In this document: positions 33,298 to 41,722 of the stretch, piece by piece
Numbering within the stretch: the stretch's first letter is position 1
How the letters are laid out: the number at the start of each line of letters is the position of its first letter
Source of the DNA: Micavibrio sp. UBA1664
Lineage (GTDB): Bacteria > Pseudomonadota > Alphaproteobacteria > Micavibrionales > UBA1664
Length of the DNA stretch: 48,786 nt
Direction: 5' to 3'
Assembly: GCA_002320485.1 (NCBI GenBank)
Contig: DCKW01000050.1
Location: 1-48,786 of the forward strand
Translations under genes and position numbers: made by a program
The notes under the pieces: generated by a model
Told to the model about the DNA's origin: nothing
The model's database searches: none
Seen by the model: only the letters and a program-made list of their open reading frames with translations

Positions 33298-34528
33298 TTT
33301 CACCTATATACTCTCGTCCCTTAAAAGCCGTTTATTGGGAAGCATCTTGACCGTGCTGCTTACGGCCTTTGGTGTCGCAATGGTGTTGAGCGTTCTCCTT
33401 TTCAGCCACCATGTTCAAACACGTATGAACAAAGATTCGCAGAATGTTGATCTTGTTATCGGTGCGAAGGGCAGCCCCCTGCAAATCATTCTGTCATCCG
33501 TTTACCATATCGATATTCCAACCGGTAATATCCCATGGGATGATGCCCAACAGTGGATGAGCCATCCGCAAATAAAAACGGCAATCCCGCTTGCATTAGG
33601 TGATAATTGGAAGGGATATCGCATTGTCGGCACCACGCCCGATTATCTCACCTTCTATCAGGCATCTCTTAAAAAAGGTGAAATTTGGGATCATGCTTTC
33701 GAGGCCGTTATCGGTTCAAATATTGATCTAGATATAGGTGATGAGTTCATCGGCGCGCATGGATTGATGGATGGCGGGCATGTACATGACAATGAAAATT
33801 ACAAAATTGTCGGACAGCTTGATAAAACGGGCACTGTTTTGGACCGATTGATTTTAACATCCCTCGATAGCGTTTTAAAAATTCATGGGCTGGAAGGGGT
33901 TGAGGACGGGCACAGCCACGATCATAACGATCATCATTACCATCACCACGCGCATGGAGAGGAGCATGACCATCATCATGAGACCGCAGGCGAACCCGAA
34001 ATTACCGCTCTCCTCCTCCAAAAAAAAACGCCGCGTGCCAATATGCAACTACCCTATTTGATTAATCAGGATGGAGCATTACAGGCGGCCAACCCTGCCA
34101 TGGAAATGGCACGTCTGACCTCGATGCTGGGCGTAGGCACAAAAACCTTAACGGCACTATCGACACTTCTTATGATCATTGCCTGTTTCAGCATATTTGC
34201 CGGAATTGCCGGCACATTGGAAAACAGAAAAACCGATCTTGCGGTGTTACGGGCACTAGGATATTCCCGCGCTCGAATATTCAGCATTATCGCGGGGGAG
34301 GGTCTTACACTTGTGTTCATAGGGGCCGTTACAGGTGGATTATTATCCGTCATCGGCTTTACTTTCCTGATAAAAACGATGCCGTCTTTATCGGCCAGCG
34401 GCGCAACATACCAGATTATACCCGAAATGCTGTATGTCTATGGTGGGGCACTGCTGGCAGGGGTAATTGCCGCAATCATTCCGGCTTATCGTGCTGCAAA
34501 AGTTGATGTTGCACGTCAACTCGCCTAA
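33290..34528 (+). CDS. FtsX/MacB-type ABC permease with histidine-rich periplasmic insert
   Basis: TM1 is followed by a ~250-aa extracytoplasmic domain and a C-terminal FtsX-like 3-TM bundle. The His tract HSHDHNDHHYHHHAHGEEHDHHH lies at 33911-33979. Confidence 0.8.
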   Translation: MNNFTYILSSLKSRLLGSILTVLLTAFGVAMVLSVLLFSHHVQTRMNKDSQNVDLVIGAKGSPLQIILSSVYHIDIPTGNIPWDDAQQWMSHPQIKTAIPLALGDNWKGYRIVGTTPDYLTFYQASLKKGEIWDHAFEAVIGSNIDLDIGDEFIGAHGLMDGGHVHDNENYKIVGQLDKTGTVLDRLILTSLDSVLKIHGLEGVEDGHSHDHNDHHYHHHAHGEEHDHHHETAGEPEITALLLQKKTPRANMQLPYLINQDGALQAANPAMEMARLTSMLGVGTKTLTALSTLLMIIACFSIFAGIAGTLENRKTDLAVLRALGYSRARIFSIIAGEGLTLVFIGAVTGGLLSVIGFTFLIKTMPSLSASGATYQIIPEMLYVYGGALLAGVIAAIIPAYRAAKVDVARQLA

Positions 34529-34531
34529 ATT

Positions 34532-35062
34532 ATGGATATGATAAAGATTCTACTCCTTGCCGTCGTTTTGGTTACATCCTCCCCTGCCCTTGCATTGGAG
34601 GAGGAACCACCATATTCGACGCAAACACTCACAGATGAGGAAATTGTCGGACAAATCCAAAATTTCACCTCGACACCCGAGGGAGGCGTTGATTGGAAGC
34701 TTTTTTCAGAAACCGAAGACGTGCCGTACAAGGTGGAGAGAGAGGGGCAAGAATGGGAGGGTGTGAAGCCAAAATTTTCCGCTGCTTTAGAAAATCTGGA
34801 TGGGAAAACAATCAAGATGAGCGGATATATGTTTCCTCTGGACCAAACGGCTAAACAATCGCAATTCCTGTTCGGGCCGTTTCCTTTAAGCTGCCCTTAT
34901 CATTATCACGCGCCGAACAGCCTGATTATCGAGGTTCATACTGACAAGCCGATATCGTTCAGTTACGAACCGATTACTCTACAGGGGACATTGGAATTGG
35001 TCCCCGAAGATTACGAATATAATACATTTTATAAATTACAAAGCGCCCGGATAGTTAAGTAA
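34532..35062 (+). CDS. DUF3299-family periplasmic protein
   Basis: Signal peptide present. LENLDGKTIKMSGYMFPLD......FLFGPFPLSCPYHYHAPNSLIIEV....ITLQGTLEL matches the DUF3299 pattern (L.Gk.V.i.GfmvPl...flL.p....C.f). Confidence 0.7.
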   Translation: MDMIKILLLAVVLVTSSPALALEEEPPYSTQTLTDEEIVGQIQNFTSTPEGGVDWKLFSETEDVPYKVEREGQEWEGVKPKFSAALENLDGKTIKMSGYMFPLDQTAKQSQFLFGPFPLSCPYHYHAPNSLIIEVHTDKPISFSYEPITLQGTLELVPEDYEYNTFYKLQSARIVK

Positions 35063-35120
35063 TATTCATACATCATCGGGTATTTTATACGCCATAATTA
35101 TAAAAAATTCAGAAGAGAAA

Positions 35121-35195
35121 TGGTGCCGGCAGCAAGATTCGAACTCGCGACCTTTCGATTACAAATCGACTGCACTACCACTGTGCTATGCCGGC
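35121..35195 (-). tRNA. tRNA-Thr (anticodon UGU), CCA encoded
   Basis: The reverse complement GCCGGCA-TA-GCAC-AGTGGTA-GTGC-A-GTCGA-TTTGTAA-TCGAA-AGGTC-GCGAG-TTCGAAT-CTTGC-TGCCGGC-ACCA folds as a cloverleaf. The 7-nt anticodon loop is UU-UGU-AA. Confidence 0.9.
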
Positions 35196-35220
35196 GTTTA
35201 ATGTCGTTTTGACGAGACAT

Positions 35221-35250
35221 CTTATAATCGATAACGTTTTCCTTTGTCAA
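35221..35250 (-). promoter_or_regulatory. sigma-70-type promoter for tRNA-Thr
   Basis: On the minus strand: TTGACA (35250-35245), 18-nt spacer, TATAAG (35226-35221), about 25 nt upstream of the tRNA 5' end. Confidence 0.45.
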
Positions 35251-35334
35251 ACCCTATTCGACTTTGTTATACAATTTTATTAAAGTATAAAAAAATTAAT
35301 AAACATTGAAGCATTTAAAGGGTAGTATAAATAT

Positions 35335-36591
35335 ATGTCTGGTGGCGGTGGCGGTGACAGTAATGACGGTTTATGGATGTTGTTTTTCATCTTCGCCTTT
35401 TTAGGCGGGGCTCTGTTTGCCATCTGGTTTTTCTTTACCCCGCAGGTTTTGCAAGGATATTTATGGTTGCGGCAGGGTGAGATGGCACTCGCATCACTAT
35501 GGACCGACAATGATTACACGGTCGAGGTTATAACGCCGCGCGGTGTCCAGCCGATGACCTTTGCCGAGGCAAGAAATCTAGTCAACACTGCAACACCCGA
35601 TCAATTGGAAAACCACCCGAATTTATTAAATATTATGCATGCCACGTCTTTGGCGGCGATGAAACCTATGCGCTATTTTTTCGGGCCCTTGTTTCTTTTA
35701 ATGGGGATTTATGCGTTGTTTTACGGCCCGACCAGCCATAACCGCAGAAAATACAATTTGCAAAGCCTGATTCAAGCACAAGCGCAAAGCTTTCCGGCCA
35801 TTGCCCCTATTGTTAATTTCAATCCCTTGACCGATACGAAGCACAGACCGCCTGGAGCCCTTGTTCCTGCCCAACTTCCTTTGTTTGCGGAGGCATTAAG
35901 CCCGGAGGAATGGGCGGCCTTTCATAAAATTCCTATGCCGGACGGTAAAGTTGATCGGGATGCAGCCGACGAAGCCTTTGCTTTGCAACTAGGTGAAAAA
36001 TGGCGCGGGCCACAAAAATTAAAACCATATATGCAGGTGCTTTTGGCGGCCTTTGCCCTAAAAGCCGCACGAAAAAGACTGGAATCCGATCAAATGATGG
36101 GGCAATTGGCCCAATGCTGGAGCCATAATGGCGGATTGAAACTCGACGGCTCCCTCGTTTCAAAAGCACGAAAAATTCTTAAAAACAAGGATATTAGCGG
36201 TGAAACCCTGTCACGATGTAATCATCATGCCTACGTAACAACGGCTCTTCTCGGTGCGCTGGACCTTGCGCGATCCGAGGGCGGCGTTCTGGCGCCGGCG
36301 CAGTTTTTATGGCTGCGCGGACAGGACAGAACATTGTGGTATCCTCTTAATAACCTCGGCCGTCAATCATTTCATGCCGAAGCCATGGGGGCCATGAGCC
36401 ATTATCGGGCGGAAAAACAAGTACAGCGCCCTATTCCGAAACCGATGTTAAATGATGCATATGATGTTATTTCCGCTTATCTTGAAGATAACAAAAAATC
36501 CATGCCGATCCCGCAGGTGGATTTCAGCATGATTAAAAATAAATCCGCGCCGAAGAAAAACAAAGGCGTTATGAAACCCGCAGGGACATAA
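35335..36591 (+). CDS. dotM: DotM/IcmP-like inner-membrane protein (type IVB coupling complex)
   Basis: A Gly-rich N-terminus is followed by a hydrophobic hairpin (LWMLFFIFAFLGGALFAIWFFF...), then a second TM and a large cytoplasmic domain. It is ~400 aa and lies upstream of a DotL-like gene. Assignment relies on architecture and context. Confidence 0.5.
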   Translation: MSGGGGGDSNDGLWMLFFIFAFLGGALFAIWFFFTPQVLQGYLWLRQGEMALASLWTDNDYTVEVITPRGVQPMTFAEARNLVNTATPDQLENHPNLLNIMHATSLAAMKPMRYFFGPLFLLMGIYALFYGPTSHNRRKYNLQSLIQAQAQSFPAIAPIVNFNPLTDTKHRPPGALVPAQLPLFAEALSPEEWAAFHKIPMPDGKVDRDAADEAFALQLGEKWRGPQKLKPYMQVLLAAFALKAARKRLESDQMMGQLAQCWSHNGGLKLDGSLVSKARKILKNKDISGETLSRCNHHAYVTTALLGALDLARSEGGVLAPAQFLWLRGQDRTLWYPLNNLGRQSFHAEAMGAMSHYRAEKQVQRPIPKPMLNDAYDVISAYLEDNKKSMPIPQVDFSMIKNKSAPKKNKGVMKPAGT

Positions 36592-36624
36592 AACAAATAA
36601 AACCAAACAGAAGAAGTAGGACTT

Positions 36625-37164
36625 ATGACATTTTGTAACGCAAATAAACCTAAAGCACAATTATCGGGAAACAATCTGGTTTTATCCCTTCCTGATGCCA
36701 TGACCCCTGTGGTGTGGATGATCGACACAAAAACAAGCGGCAGCTTTTTCGTGCGGATAGAGGAAGATGCAAACGGTCTTTTTATCCTTCAAAAAATTGA
36801 AGGGACGGGAAAAGAAATTAAAATAGAGGATATTGCCTACTACAAGAACAAGTATTCAGCCACACAAGCCATGAATAAAATCGGTAGAGTGCTCGACAGT
36901 GCCGACCGTCAACCGTCTGCAAAAGGGAAAATTTTTGCAACGGTTTTAATAACAACGATATTCTTGGTTTTATTGGCCTTGGCGGGACTATATGCGCTTG
37001 GAAAAGGGTGGATCAATCCGGGCCAACCTCTGACTGCACCGCAAAATACGGCGCAGCAAAGTGCACCGCCGCCTGTTATCGGAAATACACCTGACGCGGT
37101 TGGTGTCCCGTTATCCGCCGATGAGTATATGAATCAAAACAATTCAGGCGCTTTACCGTTTTAA
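36625..37164 (+). CDS. hypothetical single-TM protein (179 aa) between the DotM-like and DotL-like genes
   Basis: ATG 36625. It has one TM helix (IFATVLITTIFLVLLALAGLYAL) and a Pro/Gln-rich C-terminus. No family recognised. Confidence 0.45.
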   Translation: MTFCNANKPKAQLSGNNLVLSLPDAMTPVVWMIDTKTSGSFFVRIEEDANGLFILQKIEGTGKEIKIEDIAYYKNKYSATQAMNKIGRVLDSADRQPSAKGKIFATVLITTIFLVLLALAGLYALGKGWINPGQPLTAPQNTAQQSAPPPVIGNTPDAVGVPLSADEYMNQNNSGALPF

Positions 37165-37176
37165 GGGATAAAATTT

Positions 37177-39585
37177 ATGGCATTGGACGAAAGTAAATAT
37201 AGTTACGGTGTTGACCATTGGTTGCGCGATACGCGTCCTTTGGGCAAAAGACTGAAAGACTGGTTTAAAAAATCAGACAATGCCATGGTCTTTATCTATA
37301 TGCTGGGATTTGCAGGAATATTCATGCAACAAAGCATTCCGTTTCTGGATATTCTTTTCTTTATTGCCTGCCTTTATTTTATTTGGCTGAAAACCCGTGA
37401 TCGCCATTTAACGCACAAGCTGCCGGCGTGGAGCAAATACAAAAAAGATTCTAAAAATGTGGGCGGAGGCCGTAGCGGCAAACCGGAGGGTATTCTTTAT
37501 CTCGGGAACACCTCAGATAACGGTGGCGAGGAAATATGGTTTACCAACAATGATATCCGAACTCACTTTCTCTATCTCGGAACGACGGGATCGGGGAAAA
37601 CGGAAGGTTTGAAATCTCTGGTTACCAATGCGTTGACATGGGGATCGGGATTTGTCTATATCGACGGTAAAGCCGACACCGATCTATGGTCTTCCTTGTC
37701 ATCATTGTGCCGCCGTTTCGGACGTGATGACGACTTGCTCGTCCTCAATTATATGACCGGAAACTCCGACGAACGGGCGCCGTCCAACTCCCTTAATCCT
37801 TTCTCCAGCGGATCAGCCTCATACCTGACCAACATGCTTGTATCCCTAATGCCCGAGGCCGGCGGTGATAACGCGATGTGGAAGGAACGCGCGGTATCAT
37901 TGCTTAGCTCTGTTATGCCCGCTCTTACATGGTTGCGCGATCATATGGATGTACCTCTCTCCATTACGACCGTTCGACAATCATTGGGTTTTGCTGAAAT
38001 TATCAAATTGTCACGCAACGAGGCATTACCTGAAAAATTGAGACTGGCGGTTGTGGATTATTTAAAAGAATTGCCCGGCTATGTCGATGCCGCCTTTGAT
38101 GATGAAGGTAAGGAAAAACCGGTCGGCCCCGATGTCCCGCAAAGTGATGCTCAAGTTCCGATGCAACAGCACGGCTATTTGACCATGCAATTTACCCGTT
38201 CCCTGCAATCACTGGGCAGTGATTACGGTTATATTTTTGACGTGGAAAATGCTGATATCGATATGGTGGATGTTGTTTTGAACCGCCGTATTCTAGTTGT
38301 TCTTATCCCCGCCTTGGAAAAATCGGGCGACGAAACCGCCAACTTGGGTAAAATTATTTCCGCCACCCTAAAAGGGATGATGGGAACGACATTGGGGGCA
38401 AAGGTCGAAGGAGAAACCTCCAAAGTTATTGAAAACAAACCGACAAACTCCTCCACGCCGTTCATGACGGTTTTCGACGAGGTCGGATATTATGTAACCG
38501 ACGGGATGGCCGTTATGGCGGCGCAGGCACGATCGCTCGGTTTCTCGCTTGTTTATGCCGCACAGGATCTGGCAGCGCTGGAAAAGCGCGTCAAGGAGGA
38601 AGCGCGTTCTATCACAGCCAACTGTAACATCAAGATATTTGGTAAGCTGTCCGATCCGGGCACCACAAAAAAATTCTTTGAGGATACGCTTGGGAAAGCA
38701 TTAGCAACGCAAGTAGCCGGTTATCAATTAAATCCGGGGTCTATAACGGGGGCATTTGAAACACAAACGTCTGCCAGCATTACTTTTGTTGATAAAATTG
38801 ATTATGGCTCCGCTCAAGAATTCAAGGAAGGGCAGGCTGCGCTTGCCTATTCCAATATTGTCGATGAAATAAAAGTATTCTATTGCAGTCCGGGCACGGC
38901 CAAGGCCATGCGCGTTCAAAAATTACTAGGATTTCATAAGGCCGATGATTATGTGATGCGCAATTTGAAAAACATTGCCGCTTTACGCGACCGTCTGGTT
39001 CATAAAACGTGGACGGCACATAAGGCAGATGTCCGCGCCGATGCGGAACCTGAATTGGATATTATTATCAGCGGTATAAAAGATGCGCAAACCCGGGGCT
39101 TGTCGGCCATTGAACTCGGCGCAATGGGTTTAGCGTCCTTATATGCAAATGAAAATTCCCATGTGGCTACACCGAATGAGGGAACCGCTACTGCCGAGCC
39201 GCTGGTTGCAGAAAAAAAGGCGGCGGATGAGATGTCGTGGGCTGATATTATGGGCGACGACGACACTACTGACGTCCAAGACGAGGACGATGAAACAGAA
39301 GCAGACAAAACCTCATCTTCCGGTGGCGTTAGCCCTGCTGTTGCCCGTGAAGACTATTCTGTTGAGGATGCAATTGCGCAAAAAGCGGAAAACGGCCTGA
39401 CAATGTTACCTGAAAATTTGAGCGACGAAGTCAAGGAAATTTTAAAATCAGCCGCCGACACATTAACCGCCGGACTGTTCAATCCACCGACATTGGAACA
39501 ATATGCTCAAGGCGGAGAAGGCGACAGCAAAGGCCTCAAGGCAAAAACGGTTACACCGGGGCAACAACCGGGTCGCAGAGGGTAA
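37177..39585 (+). CDS. dotL: type IV secretion coupling protein, DotL/IcmO-like
   Basis: Two N-terminal TM helices. ILYLGNT....EIWFTNNDIRTHFLYLGTTGSGKTEGL (Walker A), YIDGKAD, Walker B-like VFDEVGYY. It is ~800 aa with an acidic C-terminal tail (DDDTTDVQDEDDETEADK). Confidence 0.65.
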   Translation: MALDESKYSYGVDHWLRDTRPLGKRLKDWFKKSDNAMVFIYMLGFAGIFMQQSIPFLDILFFIACLYFIWLKTRDRHLTHKLPAWSKYKKDSKNVGGGRSGKPEGILYLGNTSDNGGEEIWFTNNDIRTHFLYLGTTGSGKTEGLKSLVTNALTWGSGFVYIDGKADTDLWSSLSSLCRRFGRDDDLLVLNYMTGNSDERAPSNSLNPFSSGSASYLTNMLVSLMPEAGGDNAMWKERAVSLLSSVMPALTWLRDHMDVPLSITTVRQSLGFAEIIKLSRNEALPEKLRLAVVDYLKELPGYVDAAFDDEGKEKPVGPDVPQSDAQVPMQQHGYLTMQFTRSLQSLGSDYGYIFDVENADIDMVDVVLNRRILVVLIPALEKSGDETANLGKIISATLKGMMGTTLGAKVEGETSKVIENKPTNSSTPFMTVFDEVGYYVTDGMAVMAAQARSLGFSLVYAAQDLAALEKRVKEEARSITANCNIKIFGKLSDPGTTKKFFEDTLGKALATQVAGYQLNPGSITGAFETQTSASITFVDKIDYGSAQEFKEGQAALAYSNIVDEIKVFYCSPGTAKAMRVQKLLGFHKADDYVMRNLKNIAALRDRLVHKTWTAHKADVRADAEPELDIIISGIKDAQTRGLSAIELGAMGLASLYANENSHVATPNEGTATAEPLVAEKKAADEMSWADIMGDDDTTDVQDEDDETEADKTSSSGGVSPAVAREDYSVEDAIAQKAENGLTMLPENLSDEVKEILKSAADTLTAGLFNPPTLEQYAQGGEGDSKGLKAKTVTPGQQPGRRG

Positions 39586-39588
39586 TCC

Positions 39589-40161
39589 ATGATAAAATTG
39601 ATTTTTCTGGCCGGGAGTATCCGCAAACATTCCTACAACCGGAGACTGGCACAGTTAGCATGCCGCATAGCAACGGATAAGGGCGCTGAAGCAGAATTTA
39701 TCGAATTGGCTGACTATGACATGCCGTTATTCAACGAAGACCTAGAACACGAACAGGGACTGCCTGAAACGGCGCGGCTTTTGAAATCAAAATTTGAACA
39801 ATGTGACGGGTTTTTTATCGCCTCTCCCGAATATAACAGTTCGATCACCCCTCTTTTAAAAAATACAATCGACTGGATTTCCCGTAAGGAAAGTGATACC
39901 GAAAAACCGCTGTCCGCTTTCAAAGGGAAAGTGGCGGCATTGGGCAGCGCTTCCCCCGGTGCATTGGGCGGTCTACGCGCCCTTGTTGTTGTTCGTATGC
40001 TTTTGGGCAATATCGGCGTGCATGTGTGTCCGACACAAGTGGCCATTAGTAACGCTGCAGATGCCTTTAACGAAAACGGGGTGATCGTTTCAGGTCACCT
40101 TAAATTGTTGGATGCGACAATCGACGAATTAATTGCCACTACCAAGGCACATAATGCCTGA
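39589..40161 (+). CDS. NAD(P)H-dependent FMN reductase family oxidoreductase
   Basis: LAGSIRKHSYNRRLA and FIASPEYNSSITPLLKNTIDWISR are the FMN_red signature. Confidence 0.85.
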   Translation: MIKLIFLAGSIRKHSYNRRLAQLACRIATDKGAEAEFIELADYDMPLFNEDLEHEQGLPETARLLKSKFEQCDGFFIASPEYNSSITPLLKNTIDWISRKESDTEKPLSAFKGKVAALGSASPGALGGLRALVVVRMLLGNIGVHVCPTQVAISNAADAFNENGVIVSGHLKLLDATIDELIATTKAHNA

Positions 40162-40969
40162 ATTACCCGAGGTGGAAACCGTTAAACGCGGGCTTGAACC
40201 TGTTTTAAAACATGCTGTTATCCGCCGCCTGACACTTCACCGGCCTGATTTAAGAATTCCCTTCCCCGAACGTTTGAGCGAGCGATTAGAGGGTCGGTGT
40301 TGTTTAGGCTTACGCCGACGTGGGAAATACATATGGGCGGATTTTAATAACGGTGAAACGCTTGTCATTCATTTAGGCATGAGCGGAAGCTTTACTATCA
40401 ACCCTCACAAATCACGTCCGCACGATCATCTTGTCATTGAAACAGAAAATGGCGATAAAATCGTTTACAATGATCCGCGCCGGTTCGGGATGTTTTTCAT
40501 CGTAACAACAGGTCAGGAAGCCGCGCATTCCGCCTTTGCACGCATGGGACCCGAACCTTTGGGCAATGAATTCAACGCCCCATCCTTATTGCACGCGTTA
40601 AAAAATCGCCATACGCCCGTTAAAGTCGCCCTTCTGGATCAATCTGTTGTGGCCGGCATCGGCAATATATATGCGTGCGAGGCCCTTTATATGGCCGGCA
40701 TAAGCCCTTTAACAAAAAGCAGCGCTATCACGGTTGAGCAAGCAAACACACTTGTCACGGCAATAAGAGAGGTTTTAAATCTCGCCATTGCCTCAGGCGG
40801 GTCCTCATTACGTGACCATATTCAAACAGACGGAACGATGGGATATTTTCAGCATTCCTTTAAAGTCTATGGCAGGGCCGGAGAAACATGCGGGGAAACA
40901 GGAGATATAATTCAAAAAATAATACAAGCTGGCCGATCAACGTTTTACTGTCCGGCTAAACAACGATAA
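40154..40969 (+). CDS. mutM: formamidopyrimidine-DNA glycosylase (Fpg/MutM) with degenerate zinc finger
   Basis: The N-terminus MPELPEVETV has the catalytic Pro2/Glu3. H2TH is present. The C-terminus GETCGETG...STFYCPAKQR retains only 2 of the 4 Cys ligands. Start is at 40154, overlapping the upstream gene by 8 nt. Confidence 0.9.
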   Translation: MPELPEVETVKRGLEPVLKHAVIRRLTLHRPDLRIPFPERLSERLEGRCCLGLRRRGKYIWADFNNGETLVIHLGMSGSFTINPHKSRPHDHLVIETENGDKIVYNDPRRFGMFFIVTTGQEAAHSAFARMGPEPLGNEFNAPSLLHALKNRHTPVKVALLDQSVVAGIGNIYACEALYMAGISPLTKSSAITVEQANTLVTAIREVLNLAIASGGSSLRDHIQTDGTMGYFQHSFKVYGRAGETCGETGDIIQKIIQAGRSTFYCPAKQR

Positions 40970-40979
40970 ACTGTCACGC

Positions 40980-41339
40980 ATGAAAATGTTTTTTTTAATT
41001 GTATGCCTCTTTATTTCCCTGCCTGCTATGGCCCAAAGCAATACGATCCCTTTTTTTGATAGTACACCGGTAATGCCTGGATTCCGGCAAATGCATGACA
41101 GCCTGATGGTCTTTGATAAGCCGGAAGGCAAAATTGCGGAAATTTCGTTGATTTGTGATATGCGTTGCCCATCGCCGCAACAGGTATCCGCCTTTTATCG
41201 TTATCATTTGGTGGCACTGGGCTGGAACATGACCTCTGCAAATAATTTTCATAAAGGAACACAACAATTATCTATCACATATTCCGATAGTGACGATACA
41301 ACGCCATCTGTTATTCTGACTTTTCATTCAAAGAGTTAG
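40980..41339 (+). CDS. hypothetical secreted protein (119 aa)
   Basis: Signal peptide ..LPAMAQ. No family recognised. Confidence 0.5.
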   Translation: MKMFFLIVCLFISLPAMAQSNTIPFFDSTPVMPGFRQMHDSLMVFDKPEGKIAEISLICDMRCPSPQQVSAFYRYHLVALGWNMTSANNFHKGTQQLSITYSDSDDTTPSVILTFHSKS

Positions 41340-41382
41340 AAAACCGCAAGAAAAAATATTTTGAAATTTTATTGTGTTTTTC

Positions 41383-41411
41383 TTGACATGCGCCGCTCTT
41401 AGAGATACAAC
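41383..41411 (+). promoter_or_regulatory. sigma-70-type promoter for rpsT
   Basis: TTGACA (41383-88), 17-nt spacer, TACAAC (41406-11), about 38 nt upstream of the ATG. Confidence 0.4.
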
Positions 41412-41449
41412 CACACAGTTATTTGAAGAAATGAAAGAGATTAAAACGA

Positions 41450-41722
41450 ATGGCTAATCATAAATCCGCAAAAACAAGAATTCGTCGTAACGAGCGTCGC
41501 GCCGTCATTAACGGTGAACGTATGTCCCGTATCCGTACGTATATTAAAAAAGTTGTGATGGCTATTGAATCAGGTGATGCCAAGGCTGCTGACGAGGCAT
41601 TGCGCGCGGCACAACCAGAACTGTTCCGTGGTGTGTCAAAAGGTATCATCAAAAAACAAACGGCCTCTCGTAAAATGTCCCGTTTGTCTGCCGGTGTTAA
41701 GGCGTTAAAAACAAAATCATAA
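41450..41722 (+). CDS. rpsT: 30S ribosomal protein S20
   Basis: [35 protein letters not shown] is a canonical S20 N-terminus. 90 aa. Confidence 0.95.
   Translation: MANHKSAKTRIRRNERRAVINGERMSRIRTYIKKVVMAIESGDAKAADEALRAAQPELFRGVSKGIIKKQTASRKMSRLSAGVKALKTKS

Noticed and set aside
35063-35195. Possibility that tRNA-Thr marks the attachment site of a genomic island covering the 25.4-35.1 kb metal block or the DotM/DotL trio.
   Set aside because: There is no integrase, recombinase or transposase anywhere in the window. I could not find a direct repeat of the tRNA 3' end elsewhere by eye, and the block's GC content looks the same as its surroundings. The tRNA adjacency is recorded as context only, not as a mobile element.
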